NCBI GenBank assembly: GCA_013265495.1
Contig: MU058257.1
Span: forward strand, 982,020-1,046,019
Length of the DNA: 64,000 nt
Direction of reading: 5' to 3'
Origin: Vicugna vicugna
Taxonomy: Eukaryota
Shown: positions 24,053 through 37,715 of the stretch, piece after piece
How positions within the stretch are numbered: position 1 is the first letter of the stretch
Layout of the letters: each line of letters starts with the position of its first letter
Notes under the pieces: generated by a model
Told to the model about the DNA's origin: nothing
What the model saw: only the letters and a program-made list of their open reading frames with translations
Database searches by the model: none
Translations under genes and position numbers: made by a program

Positions 24053-26767
24053 CTTCCAGGAGAACAGTGAGCCAGTACCCAGCTGTAGACACAGCACCGG
24101 AGAGCGAACGAACGCCCTCTCGCCCCTCTCGCCTGCGCTCCGCCTGCCCCCCGGCTGTATGTCATGCCTCCTTCCATCCGTGTTCTACGTGACAGGGAAA
24201 CATATAGCAAGTTAATTAGGCAGGTGCTTTTCTGGGGGAAAAAGTCCAGAGAGAAATAGTCCTCTAACCAGATGTGGGGAGTCAGTGTCACCCGTCTTCC
24301 TCCTGTTGTGCGTTTCCCTCCTCGCTCTTCTTCCCCAGTCAGCCAAAGTAAACAGAATCTAGATGTTAAAGATCCATGTGAGGCAGAGTTTTAAAGAGGC
24401 TCATTTATCATATACCATAAAAGCGACTGGGAAGCGGAGGAGGAAAGGGCTCAAATGCACGGCCCCAGCAGCTGGGGGCTCCGTGTCTTCCAGCTCCTCC
24501 CAGCAGAGGGATTGCCGCAGAATTTCCCACCCCGCCTTAGCCCCATTACTGACCTGCTGGTTTTGCCTGCTGCTTTCAGTGACCCGTGAATGACACAGAC
24601 CCTCAGCTAAGGAGCACAGAGAGGGCTCCAAACAGGTCAAGAAGGTGATGCGCGTGGAGCAGTGAGCACAGGGCCTGGCAGGCAGTGAGCGTGTTGCAGC
24701 CACTCCTGTCGTGATTCCTATCCTCTTCCTCCTCTTCCACTTGCCCCCGTCCTCATCATCTCTGTTACTGTTTCCAAGCAGCAATCTGGCTGTTAGCTCA
24801 TATTTTTGCCTTCCAGTTTTGCTACTGAGAGTGAATGAATGAATATTAAACTTTATTATGGTCTTTCAAATGTCTGCAGGGCCTTGGATGAAGAAGTAGA
24901 GTGAGTTTGGGAAGCAGCTCAGGGTTTAGCAGCTCCAGAGTCTCTCTCTCTCTCCCTCTCTAATTTACTTTTGGGAAGAAGGATGCATTCAATATTTTGA
25001 ACTGGTGTATGACTGTACGAGATCACACACTTTTGAATGACACATTTTCACTCTCTTGGTGTCTACGATTGAAAAATCATTTAATGTTTTCGTGACCAAT
25101 TCTGACAAATAGAAGTATGAATTACCTTGCATTTTAATATCATTTCATAGTATTATAACATTTTTACCATTATGCAAGTAACGCAACCGCATTCTCCATG
25201 GCTTCTTGCATCTTTTTCCCTGAAAATATGCTTATTGTGTTCTGCCTCTTGAATGATAGTTTAGCTAGGTATACAAATCTAGCTTTCATAAGTTAGGAAT
25301 TGCATTGTGCTGCATAACTAGCAATTTGATCGATGAGGCGGTTTGAGAGGCTTGTCAAAATAGAGATTTTTTTTCCAATGTAGTGAGAATTTGGAGACTG
25401 GAAGTCTCAGGCTGCTGCAGCTGCTCAGAGGAGCCATCAAAGGCTCCTTCTGCCTTCCGAGGCTGCAACCCTCCCCGTGTGGTTTTAGTTCTCAGTGTCA
25501 CACACGGTTCACGTGTCTGTATCTACTGTCAGTGTTTCAGGCAGGAAGGAAGACCAGTATAAGGACAACACGTACAAGGTAGCTGTGTCTGTCCCGTCCT
25601 TTTTATTAAGAAAATAACAGATTTCTGGGGACCATGACTCAGATGCCTTCCTGCTTTAATGTCTGGGTCACATGGGCAGTCCTAGTGACAAAGGAGTTTG
25701 GGGAAGTGAATATTTTTAAGTGGGTACATTGCCGGTCCCAGTCATAATAGTTTTGTTAGCAACCAAGGAGGATCAAATAGGTATTGTGTAGAAAACTAGA
25801 TGTGTTTGCCACACCGGTTCATAATTATCTCCTTTCTGTACAAGAAGCTGCTCTATGTTTGTTTTACTCTAGTGGATGGGAAATCTAACATTGGTCTTTT
25901 TCTTCAAGTCCTCTTCTAACTAGTCCACTGATTCTGTAGACTTGGTGTAAATGCTTTCATTTGTTGACACTATTGCTTCTCTTTCCGGATGTCAGCTAGC
26001 ATCAAGCATTGGAGAATTCTCACTCGAGCATGTTTCTGTAGTTGAGATTCCAGGCTAGCCTGCCGGCTGCTTCTATTGTGCTGCTGCTCGACTTGACCTT
26101 TCGGGGTAATCTGAGGGAGTGACTTGGGCGGGTGGTGGGGGGCTGCTGTGGCATCGGGCACCTCAGCATTTAATCTTCCATAAAGTGCCACCCTGTACTC
26201 ACCGAGAGTTGCAAGCCAGCCAATGTGCTCTCTCCTAAGCTCTGACAGCCCCTTCTCTTGTATGAGTCAGAGGCATCCGCTACCGTTGCTTGTGGAGTCG
26301 GGAGAGCAGAGCGCAAGGATGAACCCACCTGGCCCCTCCTTCTGAGGTACCACAATGAATCACCCTCCTGATGGTTCTCGGTCTCATTTTTCTGCAGCTC
26401 CCACCACCTCCGGGCAGGAAGCTTGTCCACTGCCCCTCCCATCTGTGTGTCACAGCCTCCTCCTAGGTGTGTCCTGGCCTCCAGCCTCTCTCCTTGGCTG
26501 ATGTACCCTCTGCAGTTTTCCATGTGCAGTCTCTTAAGATTTCTGGTTCTCTCTTCTTTCCAAGTAAGACAATGCATGTGCATTCAGTTCCACGGCTGTG
26601 ATGGATTTGGGGTGTGAAGAGGATGTCTGCAGTCTATGCTGTTTTCCAACTTGAAAATTAAAGCCTTTCCCCAATCTATTAGGAAACACATCTATATCTT
26701 TCTTTCACAGGACTACCCCAGCTGCCCCGTAAAGTAGGTTGTGTAGTTATCGTGATGCACAGTTCAC

Positions 26768-27014
26768 CCTGTGTGTGCTGAGAGAGTGGGCTAATCTTGA
26801 TAATCTCCTCCACCTGGGAAATACTTCTCTGCACTTTTGCCTTGATAGTTCCACTTGCTGTATGTCAGCTAATGATGATGCCGACTTGCAGAACTTGCCG
26901 TCTTTCTCGGTTCACACTTGTCCTTTTCTTTCCACCAAATCCAGCAAGAAAGCTTGCCTCCTGAGAGCTGGCTTTTGTAGCTCCCGGGGTCTTGGTATTC
27001 CCAAGCAAACTGAG
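26768..27014 (-). pseudogene. Possible disrupted exon (TPGATKASSQEASFLAGFGG; IQQVELSRQKCREVFPRWRRLS)
   Basis: Acceptor ttccatttgcttgctctgcag|CTC, donor AGG|gtgaac; PLAT-like fragments in different frames. Confidence 0.35.
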
Positions 27015-27939
27015 CTGCAGAGCAAGCAAATGGAAATTAGGATGACAAAAACAAACTCCCAAGTAGAAAACTCTATTCTCTGGATCCCTGCAAAACCTTG
27101 CAGCTGTGATCCGCAGAGACGCCCACTTCGCATATTTCCTCAGCAAACCCTCTCAGGTGTGCCCTCCCACCACCAGCTTTGTTATGAAAGGATCCTATGT
27201 TTCCCTGTGCGTTACGGAAGAAAGAGCCTGAAATGGCTCAAGGGAGAGACTAGTGGTCCCAGGAAGAGCATTTAATGGGATTGAGGTTGCTCCAAGCTTA
27301 CTTAAATTTCATCTCCTTCATAAAAATTTATCTGACTACCCAACTGAGGATGCTTTTCCAAGTCTCTGAATTCCTAAAACCCTCAGAATACATTGTATAC
27401 TCTGATTTCTTAGATTAGATCCCTAAGTACTTTTTCTGGTTGCCATTGGATTAAAACTTAGTCTCCCCTACAGAGGACCATCTTTGCAAGTTCAGGGGTG
27501 ATGGCTCCCTGCTCTCGGGGCTGCAGAGAACCCAGAATACTGGACACAGTGACTTAGTAAATACTGGTTCACTTGACCTCAGAGAAATGATCAAACTATT
27601 GTTCTCAAGCTGACCAGATTCTATTTAAAGAAAATGGAGCCATTTTTAATGTCCACAGGATCCTAAACAAAAGGACTCTGACATGAATCCAAGCAGGAGA
27701 CGTTCCTTCAGTCAGAAACGGAATGTATGCAAAAGAGTTCTGCAATCATGGATGGTGCAAATAGCAATGCCTGGTCCCATGGGATGCTGGCGACTAATGG
27801 GGTATCAACTGAAAGCTTCTCGGGTGGGTAGGAGGATGCTCCCGACTCTTTGATATAAACCTACCTAAATCACAGGGTAGTAGAATGAAGGGACCAATAA
27901 AATGCTTGGAAAATAAATACAGCCGAAGAGTTTGTTTAT

Positions 27940-29050
27940 AAAGCAACATTACTGAGGTCGCTTTACAACAAAATGGACATACATACAATAAAATTTACCC
28001 ATTTACAGTGGGTTCAGTAACTTTGGACGAAAGTATACATTCATGTATCCAAGACCCCAGTTAAGATACAGAATATTTTCAGATCCCCAAATGGCCCCTG
28101 CTCTTCTTCTGCAGTCAATTCTAGTGCACCGCCTTCTTCCCACAGCAGGCAACCACTGACGTGCCTTCTGCCACCGTAGACTAGTCTGCCTTATCGAGAA
28201 TTTCATGTGAATTGAATCATATAGCACACGCTGTTTCTGTGTGTCTTCTTTCATTCAGCACAATGTTTCTGAGGTTCATCCTTATCTTTGTAGGTTGCAG
28301 TAGTTAGTTCCCTTTTAAAGCTGCGTAGTAACCTTTGTAGGGAAGCACCACACATTGTTTATCGGTTCACAGTTAGTTTTTGTCTATTAAGAATAAAGCC
28401 ATTCTCCAGGGACATCCATGTTGCTGCAAATGGCATTATGTTGTCATTTCTTATGGCTGAATAGCATTCCATTGTGTAAATATATCACAACTTCTTTATC
28501 CAGTCATCTGTTAATGGACATTTAGGCTGGTTCCATGAATTGACTACTGTATATAGAGCTGCTGTGAACACTGGGGTGCTGGTGTCTTGACACAACATTG
28601 TAAACTGACTATAACTCAATAAAATAAAATAATAAATCAGAAAAAAAAAGAATAAAGCCATCATGAACATTTGTGTCCAAGTCTTTGCTCTATTTCTCTT
28701 GGATAATTACCTAGGGACACAACTGCTGAGGGATTCGTAAGTTTACTTGTAGTTTTGTGAGAAAGTGTTCAACTGTTTTTCAAAGTGGTCAGACCATTTT
28801 AGATGCATCTCCACTATCATTATATGAGCTCCACGTTTGCTCCACATCCTTGTTGACATTTGGCACTGTCAGTTTAATTTTAGCATTTTTAGTGGGTGTA
28901 TAGTGGTGTCTCACTGTGTTTTAATTTTCATTTACTGGTGACTAACAATGTTGAGTAGCTTTCACACATTTGGTAGCCATTCAATTATCTTATTTGTTGA
29001 AGTGTCTGTTCCAAGTCTTTGCCCACTTTTAAGTTTGATTGTTTATCATG
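27940..29050 (-). mobile_element. Old L1 (L1M-type) 3' region, host of the nested younger L1
   Basis: Degenerate antisense L1 3' UTR and ORF2 end (catacaataaaattt...; ctccacatccttg; ttttaattttcattt). Confidence 0.75.
28403..28647. mobile_element. 5'-inverted (twin-primed) L1 insertion
   Basis: Antisense ORF2 piece (28403-28586) joined to a sense 3' terminus and poly(A) (28587-28647); perfect 14-bp TSD aagaataaagccat. Confidence 0.88.
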
Positions 29051-29109
29051 TTATCATTACATTATGCAAGTACAGGTGGAATTTGTCAAAAAGACACTTC
29101 TTCCCATTA

Positions 29110-29895
29110 AAAGGATCATATACCATGATCAAGTTGGATTTATCTGTTGGATGCAAGGATAGTTCAATGTGTGCAAATCAATAAACGTGATACACCTCAT
29201 TAAAAGAATTAAGAATAAAAATCATACGATCGTATCAATAGATACAGAAAAAGCATTTGACAAAATTCAGCATCCTTTCTTATTAAAAAATTCTCAACAA
29301 TTCTGCATGGAAGAGATGTTCCTCAGCTTATTAAAGGTCACATATGACAAACCCAAAGTTAACATCATACTCTATGGTGAAAGTGTTTCCTATAAGATCA
29401 GGAACAGTCAAGGGTGTTCACTCTCACTATATCTATCCAACCCAGGAGTAGGTATCATAGCCAGTGCAATTAGGCGAGAAAAAGAGATAAAAGGTATGCA
29501 GATCAGAAAGAGGTAAAACTGTCTGTTTGCAGAAGACGTGATCTCATATACAGAATATCTTTAAGACTCCACCAAAGAAGTGTTAGAACAATAAACAAAT
29601 GTAAAGCTGCAAGATACAAAATCAGTGAACAAAAATTAGTTGCATTTCTATGCAGTAACAATGAACTAGTTGAAATAGAAATAAAGCAATTCCATTTACA
29701 ATAGCATCAGAAACAATAAAATACTTAGAAATAGACTTAACGTGGGAAGTGAAAGACCAGTATATTGAAAACTGCAAACGATTGATAAAAGTAACTGAGG
29801 AAGACACAAAGAAATGGAAATGATTCCATGTTCATGGAATGTAGAATTTATATTGTTAAAATGTCTATACTCGCCAAAGTGATCTATAGAGTCAG
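29110..29895 (+). mobile_element. Degenerate L1 ORF2 reverse-transcriptase fragment
   Basis: KSINVIHLIKRIKNKNHTIVSIDTEKAFDKIQHPFL; QGCSLS; frameshifted downstream. Confidence 0.9.
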
Positions 29896-31593
29896 CGCTT
29901 TTGTCGGGCTCATCTTTCCTTTGTTTTTTATTTATTTGTTGTTGTTGTTGGGCTTTTCTAACCTCTCCTGCCCTTTGGAGAAACTCTACATTTCAGGCCC
30001 AGGGATGCTCATCTCTGGCTCCCGGCTCATCCTCCCTTCCTATTGGCTGGCCAGTGTGGGATGACGTTAGGGTCCCACTGGTTTCAGCTCACGCTTCTCA
30101 GCATGAGCTCTGGGTGTCTATAATTTGGCCATGAGAACAAGATGCTGAATGTAGATGTACCTTCAGAAGCCCAGACCATCCTCTCCCCTCAAACACTGGT
30201 CCCCAGGCTTCTTCCTCTGCCTAAGGTCCTCAGTGGCTCAGACAACTAAGGAGACATTTATTCAAGACGTCTGCAGTGTCCAGATTCAAGCTATTGTTTT
30301 CTAAGCAGCAGCCACCAGACCAGCAGCTGGGCTTGCTTGGATCTGATTACCGGACACATTTCCTATTTTTTTCATTAAGGAGTGAATCATGTGTTCATTA
30401 GTTGAAGTGCACACCCCGAAGTTTGTTTGTATTATTGGTCCCATCTGAGGGGAAAGGAAGGCGTTTCAGTGAAAGGATATCATGAAAATGCCTCCTCTCT
30501 GCACACCACGCTACACCTCCGCATGCATCCTCCCCTTCGGTTTTCACAGAGACCCTCCTGGCTGGGTGAGTTACTAGCTGTGACGCTGTTGCAGCAAATG
30601 AAGAGACAAGGACAATTTGGGGCTAAGCCCTGGGCCCAAGGTCCCACAGAAGGTCAGCTGTGAAGCAGAAAACAGAGTGCTGGATCCTGCTTCCTGGCCC
30701 AGCCCTCTCTCCACCCCCACATGCTCTTAAATTATAGTGAGTCAGTGGGAAGGCAGGACAGGAACAGAGTTTGGACAGAAGACAGGGCAGCACTGACATC
30801 AGTGGACTGAGAGGAAGCCAATTCAAGGACACGTCCTAATTGCCCAGAAGGAAGTGAAGAGTCGATTGAAGGTCCCTCCTGACTGAAGGTGTGTCTCCCA
30901 CCGCTTGGGACTGGCTCCCAGCCCCCAGGCTCCTCCAGCCCAGAGAGATCAGGAGTTACAGCCTTGGTCTTAGCTCTCCGTTCCCCGTTAGCCTAGCTGC
31001 TTCTCCTGCAGGAAAGCTGCTCCTCTGTGGTTTAATATCCTCTCTCCTGCTTCTCAGCTGTCTTCTGCCTGTTGAGTGCATCTCCTGGAGCTCATCCGGA
31101 GATGCTCCCACTGGGATGCAAAACAGCTTCCCCCTTGGGGAAAGGAATGCTCTCCTATTGCTTTTGTACTGACTTGGATTTCCATCGGCGCTGGTACCCC
31201 TTGCTCAAGAGAAAGGAGCTAAAGCTTCTTTTATCCTAATGCATTTTCAAGCACTTGGTGAAAACTGTTTCTCTCGAGGGGAAAAGGGTGATTATTAGTA
31301 GGAAGAAAGAGGTGACAGAGGAGCAAGTCCAAGCATGTCCTGCAGGAAAGTGCTCAGCGAAACGCTTTATTTGCTCCAGTGAGAAAATGCCAAAGGTGAC
31401 TCCGAGGTCAATGACTGACAGCCGCCTTCTCACTTACTTTGAGGGAGATTTTTGCAGCAACTCCACTTGTTTTTGGAGCAGAGGAGAAAAAGGAAATTGA
31501 TGTTTAAAACTGACATGGGAAGAATAATATTTGGGGAGAGGCCCAGTTAATATTAAAGTTTCAGGATTAAAGACATAAACAGCAAGGAGATCC

Positions 31594-32093
31594 TGAGACA
31601 GGAGGGAAGAAGGCAGGGCACAACCATTAAAAGAATGACACAGCCATTGATAAAAACAGGACGGGACATAAACTAGTTAGAACCAACTAGATCCAAGATG
31701 GCAGAAGAGTCAACTTCCAGTAGATCTTGAGCCTCATCGTACACTCACTGTACTACATTGGCTGCTAGATGACGTGCCCATGGGTGCCATGAAAGTACCC
31801 AGGCTGACCACAAAAGGCCAAAAGTGGGTTGGGCCCAATTCCTGGAAATTCCCTCCCCTTCCCCAAAACAGTTGGAATAATCCTCCCACTTCTTAGCATA
31901 TGAAATCACCCAGCCCATGAAAACTAACCCCTCCGCACCTCGCGGCCCCCTCTCCAGCCTTCTGAGACAGCCTGCACTCTGTCTGTGGACTGTGTATCTC
32001 CCCGAATAAACCTACTTTCACTTTACATTCACCTACTATGACTCGTTCTTGAATTCTTTCCTGCGTGAGACAAGACCCTATTCTTCGGCAACA
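31594..32093 (+). mobile_element. Solo LTR, ERV1-like, third family
   Basis: TG...CA termini; aataaacctactttcactt; cttgaattctttcctgcgtga near the 3' end. Confidence 0.75.
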
Positions 32094-32773
32094 GTCGCAG
32101 TAGCAACAATAATATTTGTAAGGATAATTATTATTAAAGCAGCTATTATGTACTAGGTCCTCTACCATATCAAAATATATACATTTGTATATATGTGTAT
32201 ATATATACAAATCATGAAGCATGAATGTTCCTCTTTTACAGATTAAAACAAACAAACAAAAACCACAGAAATAATTGCTCCAGCTCAGCAAGGCGAAATG
32301 ACTTGCCCCAGGCCTAAAGTTTGTAAAGAGCATAAACAGAGTGTGGAATTAATTCTTTTTGGGTCCCCAGACCATAGTCTTTGGCAAATGTTCCCATTTT
32401 CAGTGCTGTGATCAAAATGCTTATTATCTGAAATGACACTGTCGGGGCTGATGCCCTGGGCTGAGGCACAGATGGTTACTGCACCCCAGTGTGGTCACCG
32501 TTTATTTCAGACATTGAGAGTTTGGAAACTTATTTGCATGAATTCATCCAAGGTGGGGGGGAAGCAACGGTGAGCTGATCTGCAGTCGTCTCGTTGATAG
32601 CTTGTCTTTGTACCAGTAGACTGACTACCCAGTCTTAGCAGGTTGACTTCTCCCTTCTGAGCATATTTAGATCAAGTCCTTAGAAAGATTTACCAGCACT
32701 TGGAGGAGGTAGGATTGGAACAAACAGAGGAAGAGGGGGAGGACAGTTTGCAATAAAAGTAGTAAGGTCAAGA

Positions 32774-32917
32774 GGGGGTTATAGCTCACGTGGTAGAGTG
32801 CGTGCTTAGCATCCACAGGGTCCTGGGTTCCATCCTCAGCACCTCCTCTAAACAAATAAATCAGCAAACCTAATTACCTCCCCCCACAAAAAAATAAAGA
32901 AATGAGTAATTTTATGG
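32774..32917 (+). mobile_element. tRNA-derived SINE resembling the camelid Vic type
   Basis: A box tagctcacgtggtagag, B box gggttccatcc, A-rich tail with acctaattacctcccc; degenerate TSD aaaagtagtaaggtcaaga/aaaagtaataagcacaaga. Confidence 0.8.
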
Positions 32918-35089
32918 AAAAGTAATAAGCACAAGAACTAGAATAACGGAACTGGAAATAGAAAAGAGATACTGAAACCAAGCAGACCCTGCAGATGAAC
33001 AGCCTGCCTGACCAGCAGCTGCCTGCCCCGAGGAGAAGGGAGAAGGAGGAATGACAGATCTGGGGGGCTTTCAGCCTAGTGATGAAAAGACAAGCGATTC
33101 TATTTTAGGGGAGTAGCCACTGACAGCACGAGGTGCATTTAGATTGGAACATGGGGACTTTAAAGCTCAAGCAAGTCCGAAAGAAGATGCCGATTTAGCA
33201 CCTAACATTGCAGGATTAGTTAGGATAATACAATTTTGTGGCGTTTTCAGGGGCATTGTAAATACTTAGGACACCTAGGTGGAAATTTTCTTGGGGGCAG
33301 GAATTATGACTATTAGGTATTTGTACCCCCTCTTACATGTCCCCTCCTACCATCCAGCCCCAATGCCAACACCATTCTCAGTGCCCTAGATTGTTCTGTG
33401 ACTTCACGTCATGGGCTTTGAGCAAGCTTTGGTTGACTGATCTAGCAAAGCGTATGTGCTGTGGTCCCTTTGTTCTCAGCACTAGAAAAGAGTCACCTGT
33501 CGTTCAAGAGCATTGCCTTTATTTGGGGGAGGATGTGTCCCTTTTCAGTTTAGATACTGAGTGTGGCTACAGGGCCCACCTGCAGGCTTTTCTCTACCCC
33601 CTCGCAGTTGAGAAAGGAAAGCCGAGGACAGGTGGCTGCAGTCAGCTGATGTCTCTCCGCGGTTGGCATTGCAGGGGCTATCACGTTAGGTTCAGCTGGG
33701 AAAGAAAAGAGTTCTAGACACTGTGGGAAGGGAAGGAGACTCCTTTCCCACACTGGAGCCTCCAAACAACCTGGAAGTGTCCATGGGCCGGGCATATTGC
33801 CATAGGCAGCATGAGTCAGGCTCCCAGAGGCTCTCAGACGACGTGTCCAGAGGCCCCGTTTGGCCCATTCTCCCCTCTAGGCCACTGGAGTGTCCTGAGA
33901 GCAGGTCCTCAGTGTAGTGGGAAGCAGCAAGGACTGAACAGGTGCTCCTAGCCAGAGGGGCACTAGGGAGCCTTTCTCTTGACTGTCATTTTTAAAGACC
34001 GTCCCTTGAGTCAGAAATGCCCCAGGACGCCCAAACCTATTATTCTTCCTCCTTGTAAAAGTATTATTGTAAAGTAATAAGATTCTATATTCTATATTCT
34101 ATTATACACATAGTGTAATGATATATCAACAATAATGTAATCCTTATAGCTTAATAATGGTAATCCAGCAATAGCCATCATCACACGCATTATGTGACAG
34201 GCACTATGCCACACACTTTACAGCCATCAAATTTAACCCTCACACTTTTGCATAACTCTTTTCATTAGGTTTTTCTTTTCAATCCCCATTTTGTTGACTA
34301 TTTTGGAATCCTGGACTCCCGGAAGGGAGAGCTGTTTTGAGACCATCCAGGCCAGACCCAACCATGACCCTGGCTGCCATGTTCTCCGAGAAGAGGCCCG
34401 TCTGATTTCCACTCTTTCTAGACCTCTTAAACCATCCCATTGGTTATATCGTGGATCCTTTTTCTCCTAGAGTCTCTGTCACAATCTCCATGACCTCAAC
34501 AGCCAAAGGGTGCCCAATCCTGCACCCTGAAGCCCGGAAGACTCTGAGCCCTTTCTGTCTACAAGAAAACATTAATTTATTCCCATTAATTCACTTATTC
34601 CCATTAACTCATGCAGTATGTACCAGAAACCACTCCTTTATTCTGCAGTTACCCAAAGAGCCAAGGATTCCCACAGGTTGCTTTGAATTAAAAACAACCT
34701 TGTGTAGTTGTACGAGGACCCTCTTCTGTCTACCTGGACATCACGTTTGAGTGCCTGGAAAGTGCACAGTCCACTCCACCCATCTCTCCCTGAACAGGGT
34801 CGGCGATAATCCAGCCACTCATCGAAGAGTAAGTGATGGCATTGAAAAGTGCACCCCATGAAGGTACCCCAGATCTAGGCTCAGAATCTCCTCCAGACGG
34901 TTAAGTAATCTAATAACTAACGTCAGAAAAAAGAACTTGTAATTTCACATCACAAATGTTTGCTGAGAACAGACCTGTGAGTCTCTTAACACACACGGAG
35001 TTGGCAGTCCTAGATGGTGAGTTTAATGTGATCCAGGTGGACTTCTCCCTGCCAGCACTCTGCCCGTAGGCAGCCGAGTCTCGGCTTAC

Positions 35090-35280
35090 GTAAGATGAGC
35101 AGGTAACCGTGAAAAGTGGGCACTGACCGCAATGAGCAAAGCCCCGTGAGCCCAGCTAAGCGCCTTCCCGCGCGGGTCAGCACAGAGGGGCCGCTGTCCC
35201 ACGATTCCCATGTCAGATCGTGACCTGTGCCGAGGGAATCGAGAATGACCACAACCCACGTGCTCAGTGAATTTCCATTT
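35090..35280 (-). pseudogene. Exon remnant (KWKFTEHVG...; WESWDSGPSVL in a second frame)
   Basis: Acceptor ctctgcctttcgtgctcaag|AAA, donor TAC|gtaagc. Confidence 0.45.
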
Positions 35281-37559
35281 CTTGAGCACGAAAGGCAGAG
35301 AATCTGACCGGCGTTCCTTCTGCCTCCCAGAGGCCTTGGCGATACCGGTCTGCTGAACCCAAGTGTTCTATTCAGCCGTCTTTTTTCATGCCGACAGCTG
35401 GACTTGGCTAGAGGCAACTAGCACATGCCATGGTGGATTTCGTGCGGGCTCTGATGTGTTTTAATTGAAGAAATACGAAGTCTTATTGCAGATTAGATGT
35501 TCTCTGCCTGGAAGACAGAAGGCAGTGCCCTAATACGCAGACCACGATGCGAACTTTGTGTCCTAGAGCCCTGGGGCCTGGGAGAAGGATGACCACCACC
35601 CCAGGGCTCATTTTCTGAGAGGCATTAACTCTACTGCGTCACAGACCCAAGGGCTGGGTTGGGAATGACAGGGACAGTGTCCCACTTGCTGGAAAAACTA
35701 ATCCCTGTCTTGAAATGAGATCCACTCGTGCTTAGCTTATTTATATCTGAATTTTATTTTGGGGGGGATCTCAAATTAAACCACTTGTAAGGGCATTATT
35801 CAAATATTTTTCAGTCTATGGTGGTTTCCCTACTTTTCATCTCCATGTGGCCCAAGTTTTTCCTGCTGCAGAACAAAGGCAGACTTAAAGGGAGACAGAT
35901 GGGGCGACCATGTGCAAGGTGGGGGCTGCTTTAAGTGACAGCTCTGGGGAAGAACAAAAGTGAGCTGTCCTCAGTACATCCATGGACCACTAAATACGAA
36001 GGGGTCTAGCTGATTTAGGGCTAAAACGCTTATGGTAGCTCATATTGCATTGGGAAAAAATGTTAAAATTAATAACTTACCTAAGAAAAGTGTCCAAGAT
36101 CAACAGACCCAAGGCCAGTATAAACCCCAGCATATACATTCAAATATGCAATTACACCATCCGCATGAACTCACAGGAAAAGAAGATTCCAATTTGCATG
36201 GCTGTGAGGTGTCTTTGGGTTGCCAGCAATTTCGAGAGCGGATTGAAATTTTCAAATTAACTGGGGCCGTTTTACTCAATTTTATCTCTCAATGATTTTG
36301 TGTCACTTTTTCTTCAAGGTCTGTGCGTTTCACTGATTGAAATGCTCAAACATTTATTCATTTCAAAGGGACAGACAGATCATCATTGTGAGGTGGTTTT
36401 TTCTTTTTTCTTTTTTGAAAGAATAGTGTCAGAACTTTTTAACATTCCTTTCTGTGTCTTCTCTCCATTTGCTTTCCCTCTTCATAGCCCATCCCTCGCT
36501 TTATCCCCATACACTTTCCCCTAAGTCATTTCCTTTTAATTCTATAGGAAACTTTTTCAGCATCTGGTCTTTGAAAAGGATCTCTCCTTAATCCTCACGC
36601 ATTCTGTGGACAGTCGGCTTCCCGATGTCAGAGTGAAATTCCCTGTACATGCCTGGGTCTGGGATTGGGTGCGGGAGAAGTGGAAATGCTGGTGTATAAT
36701 CTTAAAATTCAAATGCAGTTCAGGAGAGCCACCCCATCTGAGCAAGCTGCAAACGGTAAATAAATCCAGCTTGTAACTTAATGATCCTTGTGTTTGTGTG
36801 TTTGTGAATACATTCTGAGCTCTCAAAGAAAAAAAGACTGTGTCATCATAAATAAAAAATCGCAGTGAATCACAGAGAAACAGGTCTCAATCCTCCCCGT
36901 CTCCTGGGGGTGTATTAACCCCCAGTTCTGTTCCCCTCAGCTCGCCGAGGTGGCGTGAGACCCACCCTCAATGCAGTGGCACAGGGCTTGAGGTTGGAGG
37001 GGCTTCATGACACATTGTCTGTCCTGCAAAACTCATCTGCTTTACTTGGAATTGATTTCAAAAGTAGATTCATGTGGTGCCGGCTCTATCACAATGAACA
37101 AATAAATTAGCCGCTGCAATATGGAAATTTACATGAGGCAGTGTACTTAAAAACTGTTAACTGTGAACTTATTAATTGAAAACCACAGGACAATAATCAG
37201 CATGTCCTTCAGAGGGAAAAAGAAAAAGACACATCTCTTGTTTAAAGTGAATTTGTAAAGCCATGAAGAGTTTTTTTTTTCAAATAAACCTGTGGCGCAC
37301 GCCGTTTGACGCGATACTTTCAACGTCCTCTTCGGGCAGCCCGCGCTTTGTTTGTGGACTACATATTGATTTGCTTTCCAAAACCGCGCGGTAGAGCTCT
37401 CCCCCTCCACATGGGCTTGTTTGCACTGCTCCATGCAGGTTGCATTCATCCCACTCAATCTTGCTTTCCTGCCTCCTGTCAAGAGAACTTTAATTAAAAT
37501 GGTCTGCTGAAGCTTGAATCTCTCAAAGGGAGGGCCTGGAACCCCAAACTGCGCTTTCA

Positions 37560-37715
37560 TTGCAGAATTCCAAGGAGCAGACGCCTTCCCCCTCAAGCAT
37601 ATGCTCCAAGGGGAATGTTTGTCTAGAAGCGACTAGGTGGCACCGAGGAGTGAAACGTAACAGACTCTGGGCGGGAACGACAGTGATTTTTGCATCCAGA
37701 CATTTCATCAGGCAC
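37560..37715 (-). pseudogene. Exon remnant (CLDAKITVVP...ASRQTFPLEHMLEGEGVCSL); boundaries approximate
   Basis: TFPLEHMLEGEG resembles the lipoxygenase-type PLAT C-terminus FPCY.WLEG.G. Confidence 0.4.

Noticed and set aside
13984..29516. ORFs at 13995-14273, 19015-19431 and 29169-29516 as host genes
   Set aside because: They are L1 ORF2 fragments
32774..32845. Possible tRNA gene
   Set aside because: Degenerate stems, followed by a SINE body, A-rich tail and TSD; it is a SINE head
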